From NCBI GenBank assembly GCA_001662655.1, contig KV460273.1: a DNA stretch of 64,000 bases; one strand, given 5' to 3'. The position numbers and the translations under genes were made by a program. A model generated the notes under the pieces. That model searched no databases and was not told where the DNA came from. It saw only the letters and a program-made list of their open reading frames with translations. Shown piece after piece: positions 23,977 through 37,734 of this stretch. This DNA comes from Pseudogymnoascus verrucosus (lineage: Eukaryota). Numbering within the stretch: position 1 is the first letter of the stretch; each line of letters opens with the position of its first letter.

Positions 23977-26501
23977 TCACACAGGCACCTTGTCAACATT
24001 ATCATACGCCTGTTGCATCATTTCACCCGATTCATTCGGTGGAAACAAGATATCAAACGCATCCTGGGTAACACAGAGTCAGCAAAATTGAGTGAGCATG
24101 TTAACTGCCCTCAGACGCTTACCCAGTCAATTTCGGGCATTGAATATTCCATCTTTGTATTCTCCATTTGAACAGGGTTGGTTTGGCCTGGAACACCCCC
24201 CGAGTCACTACTTCCCGCAGGACTCCCATAATTAGGAAGTGCCCAAAGAGCCTCGCCATTGGAAACCCCGGCAAAAACGACATCAGGCACAGGCACTTTG
24301 CCGATTAAAGAGGGTTTTGTGCCCCCTGCATCCCCATGCTGTGCACTGACCGACGATGCGCCTGAATTTATATTCCTATCAACTCTTCGTGGGGGCCGTT
24401 GTCCAACGTGCTTGAGCATTGACGGTGATGCACGCATCTTGCGGAACTGTTGATACACCGTAGTCTTCTCTTGTAGTTCGCAGAGAACCTTGCGAGCTTT
24501 CACCTCCCGCGGCTCAGAGGGGTCGGTTTCAAAAACGTAGTCCAGGCAATGCCAAATGCGGTCCAGGTTCTCGCCATGGGAGAAGAAGTGGCTATCCAAA
24601 AGTAACAAAAATGCTGAATGGTACTGGTTAAATGCTCCTCCATACCAAGCCCAAGGATGCACGTCAGGCACACTGTCGATCCACATGGCATTCTCGACGG
24701 TATTTGTTGCCGCAGCTATCAGCATTTTGTGTAGCCGTGGAGGCATCATGTTCTGGACAGAGTTGTGATAAGGGTGTAGTACCATGACAGTTAGGCGCCC
24801 CAATAGAAGGTTTTTAACCATTTTTGCAAACCTTTGAAAGGGTACGCGCTCGTCAATAAGATGGTCGTATTTCTCAGCTAAGTGCTGTCGGAAAGCTTCG
24901 ATTTTGCCAAGAAGATTCGTTAATGTTGACTTGCGAGACTCGATGCGAGGCCTTTCACTCCAGATAAGTCTCATCATCTCATTGACCTCGAACCTCATCG
25001 TCGTAAATGTTGCATCCACCCAGCGGTCTACACCAGTCACAGGCTTACCGTTGGCGTGTAAATCTACATCATTAACATTAATCGGCAACCTAGTGTCGAA
25101 GTCGCCTCTACGTATCGATGGCCTTGGTCCTTGAGCCTCGCACGTTCTGATATCTAAGAAGCACAACTGATACCAGATCAGTCGTCGAACTTGGGTCTCG
25201 ATGGGGTTCAACCCATATGTCTCGCCATCTCGGTGGAGGCCCATGCATTCAGCCATGCGGATTGCTGCTCCGACTAAAACCGAGTGCGCTCGTGATGTTT
25301 CTGCACGGCATAGTGGGGTCTGATGCTGTTAGGAAGAAATTAGGAACTGAGGCATCCATTTACTCACAAGATACATAACAAATGCCTGCAAGGTTTCAAC
25401 CTTCGTAGTGCGTAGAAAGTGAGACTTGCTAAGCGCTGTCTCTGTGCCCGACTTGAAGTTATCGATTAACCGGTCCTTAGGCACACCGAAATCTCTCAAA
25501 ATAACCATCTCGCTCATACTGACCGCCCCAGAGAACATTGCAGCAAACACGATTGCCTGCAACGAAGTAGGAGGTTCAATTCCAAGCGAAATATCATCCC
25601 AAAAGTTCTCATATTCCTTCTCAAAGCTGGGATAGTGAAGCAATTGCGCGACAGGGTGAACAACTGTAAAATACTGTTTAACCAAGCGATCCGCTGCTAA
25701 CCGCGTAGGCAGATAGTCAATGAGAGAAGAGCCACTATCAGCATGGCCAAAAACAAACCCCGAAGCCGGCGCAATGTATGCTGGACTAGGCATCAGATAT
25801 TGGTAGGTTTGGACGCCCGATCGGGTAGTATTGCTATTGTCTGGCGAGAGGGGCGGCTTCGACGTGTCATATAGGGAATACGCCAGTTCCTGAGCGAGGC
25901 GCGGTCGAAAGAAGCCTCCAATTCTCTCTGTAATTCTCATCCTGCCTATTTGAATACCAAGATCGAGGAGATCATCGTCGGCATCATCCTCGTATACGGC
26001 GTCCACAACGGCGAGCGGAGTTGGTTCCAGGTCTTTCTCATCTTCTGCTTGTGGCAAGTCTTCGTCCTTAATATCGGCTGGATTGCCTTTAATATGTGGC
26101 AAGGTAGCAGCTGAAGGCGGTTGCTGAGGCCCCTTCCCAAGCAAACTCTCCAAGGATCCGACTTGGTCCTTTATCTCCGTTAATTTTAGCCGGCTAGCTT
26201 GGTCGAGTGCCGGGGCCAGAAATATGCAGTCTCGGTGGCCTTTGGTACAGTTCACGCACGGATGAGATTTATCACATTTGAGCTTCCTTCGGCGGCATTC
26301 CAAACAAGATGTAATCATGCGGTTCCGCCGCCTAACACGAGTTTCCGGGAGAGCAGCAGCTACAGGGCTAGGACTAGGGCCACTTGTAGAATTAGAGTTA
26401 GAACTAAGCGCCTGGAGCCTTGCTGTTCCGTCCGCAGAAGGGGGGTGGCCCGTTAGTTGATTATCGGGTGGGCCATTTTGCCACGGAGGATATGGATCCA
26501 T
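23977..26501 (-). CDS. Zn(II)2Cys6 transcription factor with fungal-specific TF domain
   Basis: SCLECRRRKLKCDKSHPCVNCTKGHRDC; GLHRDG...RRLIWYQLCFLD; last exon ends at TGA 23977-23979. Confidence 0.9.
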
Positions 26502-26999
26502 ATCCAGAATGAGATTGTGAATGGTTTAATCGTCGGGGTAAATAAAACGAGATGGGCGCATTGAAGGGGACCAAAGAGGTATGGTGCATGAACGCGCTAA
26601 CAAGTTTGAGCTAGAATTTGCTTGGTTGGATTGAAATAGAGTTGGTTTCGTATCAAAGCCCCGAAATAAGGCTGCGTGCGAAAATAGACTTTGGTTCCTT
26701 GATGTTGGATTAGGATCATATAGCAGGCACAAGAGGCGTTGTTACGCCCGTAAGCATCACGGAAACGAGGTGTTGCAATTCACGAACATTAGTCAGCAGC
26801 CAATAAGAACCGCCAAAAGTTAACTTGGAAATGTTTATACAGTATTTATGACATTCGATATTCCTCGATAAACATTATTCGTATGTGTCTGGTCCCAAAT
26901 CATTACAGCCTGAAGCTACATTTAGGAAGAACCCCAAAGTCTAGAGAAAGAGAGCGCCTCTTAAAGGGTAATTTGCATTCTGTCCGTAATGGCAAGACA

Positions 27000-29900
27000 T
27001 CATTCATCTTCCATCGGACGGACTTTGGTTTTGGACCTTTCCAACGCCAACTTCAACTTATCGGTAACCTCTCTTTTTCTTGAGAAGGAGCATTTGATAG
27101 TTGATTTATCTTCTTCTGTGAACCCTTCAAGTTTCTTTCGTGGCGGCGTCGACTGATTTTGCGACCGTGTAGACGATGATAATGACATATGTAGGGCGCG
27201 GGACCCCTTTTGAGTCCCGTCTGGCGTATATGGACGTCCAGATTTGGCGAAAGTCGTATTATGGCGCATAGCGGACTTTGTTGGGCTCGCGAATGGAGAG
27301 CCTTCGGGGCTGTTACGGTCATTGCTGGTAACCGAGCTGAACCGCAGCCTGCGCATTTGGTTTTCTATGACATCCACATCACCACTGCGTTTCTCAGCCA
27401 TCGCTGTCATCTTCACAATCGTCCTCATAACGGCCTCGGTAGTTGGACCTGGGCCCGATTTCCCACCAGAGCCGGTAAAGGATGATATATTAGCTCTAAG
27501 CATGATAAGTTGCTCCTCGGCGTCACCAAGGAGCTTCTGAAAATGTGCCAGATCTTTTCGAAGGTCGTGTTGTTGTGCGATTTGCTCAGCTGTTAATGGC
27601 TGAGACCTGTTGATGTTTATGTGATCTTGATCGCGACTGGAAGTGATAACTATCAGGGCGTCCTCGGTGCGAGTTCGTAGCTTAACTAATTCCTTGACGA
27701 AATTGGAACAAAGTTGAAGCTTGCTGTCAACATCCTTAATACAGCCTTGTTGAAGCTCCCTCAACAAGTCTTTCTCGATGATGCTAGATAGATTTTCGAT
27801 TTCTCCGAGGCACCATGTTTCATCTCCTTCCAAGTCGGCTCTTTCTCGACCGGCATCTTTGTAGTGCTCAGTATGGCCCTTAGTGAAGCTTCTCACTGTG
27901 TGTGAGTTTACACCCAGTGTGTCTATCATGGAATTAATATCACGATAGACAGCTTCAACTTGGAACGGTATGCTGTCTTTGTCTGCGCCGCCAACATAGT
28001 CCTGATGTGCAACAAACTCATCAAGCCTTGTTGTGCCCTCTACGTCTCTGCTGAGAAAGTCCTGCATCCTGTCATCTTCTATGTCCACCAAGGCTTGGGA
28101 TTCTTCAGCTTCTTTCTTCTTGGACGCTTCAGTGCGTCGTCTGGCTTCTTCTTCTCCGTATTCACCAGCCTTCCCAAAAGCATTGCTAGAGATGGGCGCC
28201 GCACGGGCACCCAAAATTTGTGATGCTGCAATAGGAGCACTAACTGATCGAGATGCGTCCGGCCTGCCAAGAAGCCGGGTTGGGACAGACGAACGAATAG
28301 GGCTTGGCGATCGTGGACTTTCCGGTTTAGGCGGCGCCAAAACAGGAGTATTGCGGTTTCCGATTTCTCCAAAAAGTGATCTAGAAGGTGGTTGGTGGCC
28401 ACTAAGAGGGCCAGTGGCAAATGCTGCGTTTCCACGATTTGCATAATTGGGCTTGTCAAAAGAACTTTCGGGGGTTAAACCTGGTGTATTGCCGTCCGCA
28501 TTGGCAATTTCGTTCGCACTGTCTTCATCACTCTTTTCCTCATCGTCACTATAACTTTGATCCCCGACATCAGAATAATCAGAACCTGGGCCCTCTCCTG
28601 GGCTAAACGGCACATGGAGCGGGGGGGTAAGATCTGCTTGTTGGAACGGCAGGCTTTTGCTTTGTTGTGGCTTGTCCGGGTTGAGCGTCTGGGTAGCAGG
28701 CGGCTTTGGCAGGTTGATGAAATCAGGTGGTAGAGGTGCATCAAGTTGACTTTTGGCCGGAACATGGGCGTCGCTAACCCGTTGGCTCTCTTGGGAGGCA
28801 ACAGCAGAAGGGCGTTCTGCCTTGGTCACGTTGGGTAAATTTTGGCTAACATCGTTACTCGATGGTAATCTTGGCTTCGAGACTGGAATAGATTCAGAAA
28901 CGGGTGCAGATTCCCTGGTATGGCTGGCAGTGTCTTTCGATTCTGTACTTCCGACTGGAGGCCCGAAGCTAAAGCTTGTCGAGCTTGGGATCTGCACATT
29001 TGGCGCCGTAGTGTTGGTCGGTTTAGGTGCTGGCCCCCCAGGGCCAATAGCTTTTGGTTGTGACGTCGGGAACTGAAATTTAGGGGCGGTTATGGCGGGT
29101 CCAGTCCCTAGAAGGCCCTCGTCTGTTTTAATAATTGGTTCCGTAACAGTGTCTTTTGGAGCAACAGTGGGCTCCTGGCCTAAGTCAGTGGTATCATCCA
29201 TAGTTGCTTCCGGACTAGAAACGATAGGTGATACCTGGGCCTCTCCCAGAGCCTTTCCGAATCCGCCGCCAAAGAATGGACCACTTCCAGCTTTCCCAGT
29301 CCCTTGGCCATCGTCTTTGCGAGAGCTATCAGGTTTAAAGGTCGACCCTAAAGTGAAACCCTGCGAACCAAAGGTGCCTCTAAGCGGGGCAGCTGGAGTT
29401 CCACCATTGAAGCCAAAGCTGGATGTGTTATCAACTGTCTTCGGCGACAATGAGAAGCTTGTAGATTCCGATTTAGTTGCAAATATATTTCCCTGGTCTT
29501 TCTGTGATGTGCCCACAGCTGCGAACCCGCCATTGCTAGCGAATGAAGCAAATCCACCAGTAGCAGGAGCAGCTAAACCACCGCCTGACCCAAACACAGA
29601 GCCAGGTGGCTTTGCAGTTCCCAAGCCTGTAGTTCCTGCCACTCCGAGACCTGAGGGTTGACCAAATGTGGTTGCTGGCGCTCCTGATGCTGCCGCGCTC
29701 CATGGAGAAGGTCGGCTGCCTGGAAGTGCAGAATTACCAAAAGCAACACCTCCCGAAGCCGGTGATGCCGCGTTCCCGAAGGTAGGGGTGCCAAATTTTG
29801 GGCCACCAAAAGCTGGTGTGGCTGGGGTGCCAAAGGAAGGTGCTCCAAAGGCAGGTCCAGTTGTAGCCACCGGGCCGGAAGACGTGCTAGGCCAACCCGA

Positions 29901-31570
29901 CGGCTTATTAGGCTGACCCCCGAATGCGGTTCCACTACCAAAGGAGGATGCGGGTTTGTTTGTGGCGCCAAATGCACTCCCTACGTTTGATGGGGAGCCA
30001 AATGTCTGGTTAAAACCTGGTACGGAGGGTGCATTTTGGCTGGATGAAAGAGGCTGCATGGCACCACCGGGTTGGGACGCGGCCGCTGCAACCAAACCAG
30101 GATATGAAGTTCCTTGACGAACAGATTCCGAATATACGACCCACCACGAAGCCAAAACCCCTTCATTGTTCAATACGAGCAAAGCTGGCAAAGGCGTTCG
30201 AGACTCGTCCATTTCATCACTTGGAATGGGTCTGGGAACACTCTCTCTAGAAGATAGATCTAGAATCGCTCCTATGGGCGATGTGTCTTCCATTGCCTCG
30301 TTTACAGGCAACTGTGCTCGCCGAGAATCATCCGACATCTCAGTCATAGTGAAGACATCAGTTACCTTATCAGCGGGCTTGTCTGAAACTAAAGGAACCG
30401 CAGATCTTGTGAAAAGCCCAATATCCGTAGACGCGGTGGACGACACAATGATAAGATCTCGAAGGTTCGGAGGGAAGTCTCTAAGGCGTAGTAAGAAATG
30501 ATAAGGCGGGCTGCGGTTCAAACCAAAGTTTGGGGCTGGATCGGCCAATTTCTGAAAAATATGCTCTGTAGACTTTGGTAGCCGAGTCACAAGATGGAAT
30601 ACAGAAGTGGGCGCATTGTTGGCGTCAATGTTCGACGGATTATGAACCATCATGAAGACGTCATTTTCTAGCCATGTGATAGAAGAGACTGCCAGTAGGA
30701 TTAGAATCGTGCGCGCAAAAGATTCGATCATTACATACCGTGGTAGCCGGGGTCAACACCTGGCGGCCTAGGAATTTGTGCTTTGGCCACACCTTCGGGG
30801 GTCATTTGAAAAGCCGAGCCATCAATAAGGCCGGCGACTAGTTGCTTCCCTTTGACGCTCCAGGAAATACAGCTTACACCTTCCTTAAGGATCTGACCAG
30901 TAGCGCCGGATATAAAATTCCTTTCTTTCAGATTAGCTACCATGAGTTTGCCGTCCATGGTAACAATGGCCAGGAGTTCACCCTTTTCGGGTGTTGGGTT
31001 TGGAACTGCGGCTCGGAGGGGGGCCGAGTTTGTAGACATTTCAAAAGAGGACGCCTGGGACCCGTTCATAAGATTTTGGACCTCGTAGACAGCCAAGCCT
31101 CCTCCGACCTCAGCAGACAACACCAGGTACGTTTCGTCGGCTGTAAACGTCACCTGGGAGAGCCTCATGGGCATCGGGAGTGTCAACTGCGCGTGAAATG
31201 GGCGAGTGTGACTTTCGCCTATCCGTGGTCCTTCGTATGCTTTTCGTATTGACTCTGTCGTCGCTAATATAACACAATCTGGTCCTGCAGCGGCAACAAG
31301 CCCTTTTTTCGGAGCGATACTCATGAGGGATGAGGTAGGTGGCGGCAGGTTCGTGCTCGGCCATGGGGACGGAAGCAGCTGTAATTTGGCTTCCCCAGCA
31401 ATAGCTAAGAAGCCCAATGCCTATTTTGTCAGCATATTTACAAGTCAAAATAACGAGTGCATCCTTTGGTCTCAGCGTACCTCTGTCTGAATATCTAGGA
31501 GATCAGGGCCGATTTGGGCCTGCCCCGACCCAGAGGCCGTCTGGCTGGCATTTCCAAAGCTGAAAGCCAT
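27000..31570 (-). CDS. NUP159: Nucleoporin Nup159/Nup214 (beta-propeller, FG repeats, coiled coil)
   Basis: ATG at 31570; N-terminal propeller (SCISWSVKGKQLVAG), many PAFG/SFG/FG repeats, DAPLPPDF and a C-terminal helical region; two introns. Confidence 0.9.
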
Positions 31571-31919
31571 GATTCGCGCAGGTCGCGAAGTACAACAGAA
31601 GTGATCCTATTCCGTGCTTGTATATTGGTTGCTTAACGGCAAATTGAGCATTTGGTCGCGATGTGGCGCGGTTTCAAATAGTGCTTCGACGAACGAAAGT
31701 GATGGGCCTTTCAAGAATCGTATGTGTATTTTAGGTTGCGACGCGCCCATCAACGTACAGAGGTTTGCTGGGAACGGAACCTCATGGAAATTATGTGTAG
31801 GAGCCCGTAGTTGATGTAAAGTATTTGGCCACGCTGAATGCAAAGTGATTTCTTGATTCGCGGTTGGTCTTACTGTCAGTAAACCATAAATATATTTTCC
31901 ACGTGACTACTTGTTTCGT

Positions 31920-31925
31920 GGAGCT
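31920..31925 (+). promoter_or_regulatory. GGAGCT candidate Rpn4-type proteasome element (second copy at 32136-32141)
   Basis: Two GGAGCT hexamers upstream of the PUP1 ATG. I recall this motif being reported for proteasome promoters of filamentous ascomycetes; it is short, so chance is possible. Confidence 0.4.
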
Positions 31926-32153
31926 GTCGCGTCAAGCTGCATGACCTAAGCCAGAATGGGTGGGTGAATAGACCAAGGCTACAGCTCACCTCGTCAGCTT
32001 CATGACCTTTACAGCTCTCATTCCAACCCCAACACACTGCTCTTCAGAGGACTACAACACTTTACACCCTACCAAGGTCTTCTCTCTGCCTTTTACATTC
32101 CGTCGGAGCATTATTCATACACAAGAAGACTCCACGGAGCTTCGTTTGTCACG

Positions 32154-33141
32154 ATGCCTGGATTCGACTTCTCAAACCACACGCGCAATGCTGCCCTGCA
32201 TGCAAGAGGAGTGCCACTTCCAAAAGCAACCAGCACGGGGACCACAATTGTGGGATGCATCTTTGAAGGAGGCGTTGTTGTGAGTTGAACCCTTTGGACT
32301 GAAGCCCTACGACCGGCCCTTTGGACACTATCATGCCATTGGCAAGCACCCTTTCACTTGCTAACGAGAACCTTCATTAGATCGCAGCCGATACGAGAGC
32401 AACATCCGGGCCCATAGTTGCGGACAAGGTACGGACGGACCTGAGTGGTGATGCCAATCTCAAAACATTATCTGACTTCTAAACTAGAATTGCGAAAAAC
32501 TCCATTACATCGCACCTCAAATCTGGTGCGCCGGTGCTGGTACGGCGGCTGATACCGAATTCACTACCTCACTTATCTCTTCTCAACTCGAGCTACACTC
32601 TCTGTCGACCGGCCGTAAGCCTCGTGTTGTTACATGCATGACAATGCTGAAGCAGCACCTATTCCAGTACCAGGGTCACATTGGAGCATACTTGGTTGTG
32701 GCTGGCGTTGACCCAACTGGCGTCGGCCTTTACACTGTCCATGCACATGGTAGCACAGACAAGCTCCCCTACGTGACTATGGGCAGTGGGTCATTGGCGG
32801 CTATGTCTGTATTCGAGACGCAGTGGAAGTCAAAGTTAACCGAGGAGGAAGCGATCGAGCTTGCATCAAATGCCATTCAAGCTGGTATTTTCAACGATTT
32901 GGGCTCTGGATCAAATGTTGACGTGGCTGTCATTAAGAAGGATATGACAACGCTCAAGAGGGGTTACATCAAGCCGAACGAGCGGAGTAAAAAGCAAAAG
33001 AGCTATGTCTTCAAGCGGGGTACGACTGCAGTGCTCAACGAAAAGATCACCACCAAGGAGGATATCAGCAGATATGTTACTGTCCATGAACTGGAGAGCG
33101 CCGATTCTGCTATTGCGGAGAAGATGGATTTGGACACCTAA
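32154..33141 (+). CDS. PUP1: 20S proteasome subunit beta-2
   Basis: MPGFDFSN propeptide, STG|TTIVG catalytic Thr, [16 protein letters not shown] and [10 protein letters not shown]; two introns. Confidence 0.96.
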
Positions 33142-33417
33142 GGTCGTGGAAATCACCAAATGTATTATAATGAGAGGGAGACGGGAGACTAGGAGACTAG
33201 GCGTATGTGTTCTACTGGATCCAAGGCATGTAGCGCCTGAATAGGTGTTTTGCTTCAATATTTTTTCGGGGTGGAATTGGTGATGCATTGACTGCTTCGT
33301 AACTTTATTACTAGTCGTAACAAGGGGATATGCACAATGCAGTAAACATAACCAGTCTTAAAAGTTGCCGAGTATACCCCTATTTGATCATGCCATCGTT
33401 ATTCTAAATTTGAAGGA

Positions 33418-35484
33418 TCATCGCCGTCTTGCTGCACCTGTGGCTGCCGCATCACCACGGTCAGCTAAGGTAACAACCTCTCCAATGCCAGCAGCGTCTT
33501 GTTCTTCCTCCATCGCTGTGATCTCCTCTCTGCTATCCCACCATTTCTCTTCAGACATCTCAAATGCCTTGGTCTTGATCTCTTTGGCAGAGAAACCTTC
33601 AATTTGCAAGCCACGCTTCGCCAGACTTTCCATAAGCAATTCTTGCCATTCAATCGACGTCCTCACGAAGAATTCGCGACGAGACTCAAATGGTCGTGGA
33701 TGGGGCCGTGGGTCATCCACGACTGGAGCGCTGGTTTCTACTTCCTCCTCGACTGGTGGCTCAACAGGTGCTGAATTTGCGTCGTCATCAGCTGTTGCCC
33801 TGTTGCTTTTCCGTTTCGATTCGCTGTGCAATGGCTTCTGTTCCTGAGCCGTCGTATCTGCATCCTCATCTGCAGATTCGCCATCCTCGTCGTACTCGTC
33901 GTCGTCGTCGCTTCCATCTTCATCCTCACTACTATCTCCATCCTCACTTCCTTGCCAGTTCTCCGGCTCACGTCGAAAGATCTCCTTAACGCCATCTAGC
34001 TTTCCTAGGTCGACTGCGTACATCTCATCGAAGGTATATTCACGGTCTCCTTTCTCAAAAGTGCCACCATAGATGTACAGCACGTCATTCTGAACTGCAA
34101 GCTGGGCATTGAACCTTGGATGTGGAAACTCCGAGGCGTTTTCTTTAACAACTTTATCAGATCCTTCTTTTTCTTCGATGGGAAGATCCCATTCCTTGTC
34201 ATCTGCGTCCTCGTACGGTTTTCCGGCTTCGATCGCTGCTAGATTTCGTAGCAGCTCCTCTTCATTCGCCTGCCCCCTGCCTCGCCTGGTTCCGCGTTCC
34301 GCCACCTTGACCTTCTTCGCAGCGCGCGGTTTACGCAGCGTAAGAGGGAAGTAGCGGTTACGTTGAATGTTCCAAGCATATAAAGTATTAAAGAACTCGC
34401 TATCAATACCCTCTTCGCTCTCCTCCACATCGTGAACGCCACCAAATGCAATGCCTCGGCCTTGGTGGTACGCCATTGTCGCCCCGGCCCGGGGAGGATT
34501 CGGCGTATTTGCAGGCTTCTTTCGTCGTTCCCATCGTACACTGGGAGGCGTTTTTGGAGCACTACCAGCGGCAGGAGGGACGACGCGCAATAGCCATGAA
34601 TCGGTGTGGACTAGCGGCTTCAGAACATTTCGTTGGACCTGGCCTCCTCCTTTCGTTTGTTTTCCTGTAACTGTGGCCTTGACCCTGGAGTATCCACCGT
34701 AGAGGACGGCGCCGTTCTCGTGAGGCAGAAAGCTGAACGACGATCGTGCATCAGGCTTCTGGGAGGCCGGTGGCAAAACCGGATTGTGCCAAGTAAAGCT
34801 TTGGGTATCATAAAGCCAGAGATCAGCTAGATACTTGGTTTGCTGAGACGTATCCTGGAAGCCTCCAAACAAAATGATATAGTTCTTGTAGAACGTCATA
34901 CGATGCCCGCTTCTTGCCGGTGGACCTTTACCTTTTGGCGACTCCAGCCTCGTCCATTCACGCGTAGACGGTTCCAGCCTGTAAAAATCATTATAGTGGT
35001 AGAACGTCGCTTGCTTTGGAGAGGAGAATTCTCCGCCAAATAGATAAACTCCACCGGCGTTGCCGCCTCGAGACCACGCATGACCGGATCTGGGAAGAGG
35101 GGTGTTCAGAGACGTCACAATCCTCCACTCGTCTCGATCAGTGAGATATACATGAAGATCGTTGAAAAACGTAGCTAAGGCACCATTGAAATATTCTCCG
35201 CCGAACAGAAATAATTCGTTGGTATTCGCCGGCGATGGAATGATGGTGGCGGCAGCCCGCGATCTGGGCGGTTCACAAGCTGTCTCAGAGACCTTGTGAA
35301 ATTGCTCTTGTTGCCTGGTGTACTCAGCGAGCACAGCGTCCAAATCTATATCCTCGGCATCACTCTCATTGGCCTTGGCATTCTTCGCCTTTTCTTTCTT
35401 CTGGCCCTTCTTAACCTGCTTCTTTTTTTTCTCCTCTAATTTGGCTTTTTTCCCGTCGGATTTAGACTTCTTGTCCTTAGCCAT
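33418..35484 (-). CDS. KEL3: Kelch-repeat protein Kel3/KLHDC4
   Basis: Basic N-terminus, LFGGEYF, PRSGH, ARSGHRM and PHPRF kelch repeats, acidic tract, and PHPRPFESRREFF C-terminal motif. Confidence 0.88.
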   Translation of the reverse strand: MAKDKKSKSDGKKAKLEEKKKKQVKKGQKKEKAKNAKANESDAEDIDLDAVLAEYTRQQEQFHKVSETACEPPRSRAAATIIPSPANTNELFLFGGEYFNGALATFFNDLHVYLTDRDEWRIVTSLNTPLPRSGHAWSRGGNAGGVYLFGGEFSSPKQATFYHYNDFYRLEPSTREWTRLESPKGKGPPARSGHRMTFYKNYIILFGGFQDTSQQTKYLADLWLYDTQSFTWHNPVLPPASQKPDARSSFSFLPHENGAVLYGGYSRVKATVTGKQTKGGGQVQRNVLKPLVHTDSWLLRVVPPAAGSAPKTPPSVRWERRKKPANTPNPPRAGATMAYHQGRGIAFGGVHDVEESEEGIDSEFFNTLYAWNIQRNRYFPLTLRKPRAAKKVKVAERGTRRGRGQANEEELLRNLAAIEAGKPYEDADDKEWDLPIEEKEGSDKVVKENASEFPHPRFNAQLAVQNDVLYIYGGTFEKGDREYTFDEMYAVDLGKLDGVKEIFRREPENWQGSEDGDSSEDEDGSDDDDEYDEDGESADEDADTTAQEQKPLHSESKRKSNRATADDDANSAPVEPPVEEEVETSAPVVDDPRPHPRPFESRREFFVRTSIEWQELLMESLAKRGLQIEGFSAKEIKTKAFEMSEEKWWDSREEITAMEEEQDAAGIGEVVTLADRGDAAATGAARRR

Positions 35485-36082
35485 GCTTCCAAAAATTTGA
35501 TTATTTACCTCTCACGGTTTCTCAGCCTCGAGTCCGTAGTGAGGCTAATATATTGCGTTAGGGCTTTTGACGCGGGGCGTTGTCAAATCCTTCAAGGTTA
35601 AGCGTTAGACTATGTAGACTAGTAGTGCGAACTGGACAGGGGGCCGAAGGCGGACAAACAACGAGGGACTCATGTGCGGGCCATCTACCCCAGCTATTGT
35701 AGAGGAACGACCTGGGGTACAGTGCAGTAAATAATAATATAAATAATAATATAAGAAGTAATAATATTCTACTACGACTACGAGTGAGTTACTGATGAAG
35801 CTGCGGGTTACCATACCAACCTTTATTCCAAAACATCACAAAATCAGACCAAATGGTCGCCCCGCCAAAACCCCGCGTTTTGTACATCTGTACTCAACTT
35901 CAACACCAAAATCAAAAACCCACCTCCTGTTTCTATCCCTATTGAAACCTGCATTATATCAACAATCCCATATACGTAACAGGGTTACTGTGACAAGAGG
36001 GATACAACTTATTTTGGTACCTTGGTATTAACACACGCTACACTTCTTGCTCAAGAAGAGTAGCTTCCAACGACACGTAAAC

Positions 36083-37538
36083 ATGGCTGCTAGACTTATC
36101 GAGAGCAGATCTCATATTGTTCCTGGTGAGGTCTCTATTATATAGCAGTCAAACCACCTACCTTATCCAATTAACTAACGGTATCCTAGGCAAGCTGAAA
36201 ATAACGGAACTGTTCTTCGATGTTCCCCTGAACTACTCAAGCAGCTCCTCTGAGACCATACGCCTATTCGGGAGAAGTGTTACCAAACATGAACCAACAA
36301 TTGCTACTTTGAGTGACGAAGAACTTCGGAAGAAGTCGCAAAAGCCATGGTTTGTCTATCTCCAAGGCGGTCCTGGCTTTGGATGCAGCGCCCCTCAATC
36401 GATGGCGGTGACAAATCTTGTCCTCGAGCAAGGCTATCAGATGCTCTATCTGGACCAGCGGGGCACCGGGCTTAGTTCCACCATCACTGCTGCTACTCTA
36501 GCCACGAAGGGAGACTCGCACCAACAAGCAGATTATCTGAAGGCATTCAGGGCTGACAGCATTGTTCAAGATTGTGAAGCAGTCCGCAAGAATCTCACTG
36601 CCGACTACCCCCCTGAGCTAAAAAAATGGTCTATCTTTGGCCAGAGTTTTGGTGGGTTCTGTGCTGTTACCTATCTTTCACAGTTTCCACAAGGATTGAG
36701 GGAGGTTTTTACTTCCGGTGGTATCCCACCTGTTGGAAAATCACCAGAAGAGGTCTACAAAGCAACCTTCGCTCAGGTAATCAAGCGAAACCAGGCGTAT
36801 TATCAAAAATTTCCAGAGGATATTGAGGCCGTACACGACCTGGCAATATATATTAAGTCTCAAAATGGGCTAAGCCTACCAGGTGGGGGCACCTTAACTG
36901 TTCGGAGATTCTTAATGCTTGGACTACTCCTCGGTGGCCATGGTGGCGTGGACACCCTCCATGGCATCATTATGCGCATGCGATCGGATCTTTCACAATT
37001 CACCTTCTTCACTCGCCCAACTCTATCAATCGTTGAAAGCCTCGTTGGATTCGATGACAACATTATCTATGCTATCCTTCACGAATCGATCTATTGCGAA
37101 GGTCGGGCTTCGGACTGGGCCGCTTACCGCGTGGGACAGTCCCTCGCTGAGTACCACTGGATGTTCTCCACACCGTCAAGCCCCGCAACAGTGCGCCAAA
37201 ATCCACTCCATTTCTCGGGCGAGATGATCTATCCCTTCACATTTGAGACGTACCCAGAGCTTGCAAAGCTGAAGGATGTTGCGCAGCTCATCGCCGACTA
37301 TGATGGGTGGCCAGTTTTATACGATGAATGGCAGTTGGCTCGGAATGAGGTGCCGGTTTATGCGGCGACGTTCGTCGACGACATGTATGTCGATTTCGGG
37401 CTTGTTCAAGAAACAGTGGCGAAGATCAAGAACTGCAAACAGTTTATCACAAACGCCGTGTACCACGATGCTATAAGAAGCAAAACCGAGGAGGTGGTGA
37501 AGGCTTTGTTTGCACTGAGAAACGACCACATAGATTAG
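36083..37538 (+). CDS. Proline iminopeptidase (alpha/beta hydrolase, S33)
   Basis: YLQGGPG, LDQRGTGLS, nucleophile GQSFGG, DDMYVD and YHDAIR; ATG at 36083 followed by an intron at about 36126-36189. Confidence 0.92.
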
Positions 37539-37734
37539 AGGCTCTGAGAGGCGGTAATATAGATTAGAGACATCACTGTTGATGCTATAGGAGGACAATA
37601 TCTCAGGCGATCGATTGTTTGTACAAATCTTCATTCTCCAACGTGGTAGCGATAGAGAATATGGCAACAAACTATCGCCTGGGGGCATGCATAGCTCTAA
37701 ATTGGATTTTTATGCATGGCCAACTTTGAAGCAT

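Noticed and set aside
32086..32097. GCCTTTTAC matching U5 snRNA loop 1
   Set aside because: No closing stem or Sm site; it lies in the PUP1 leader.
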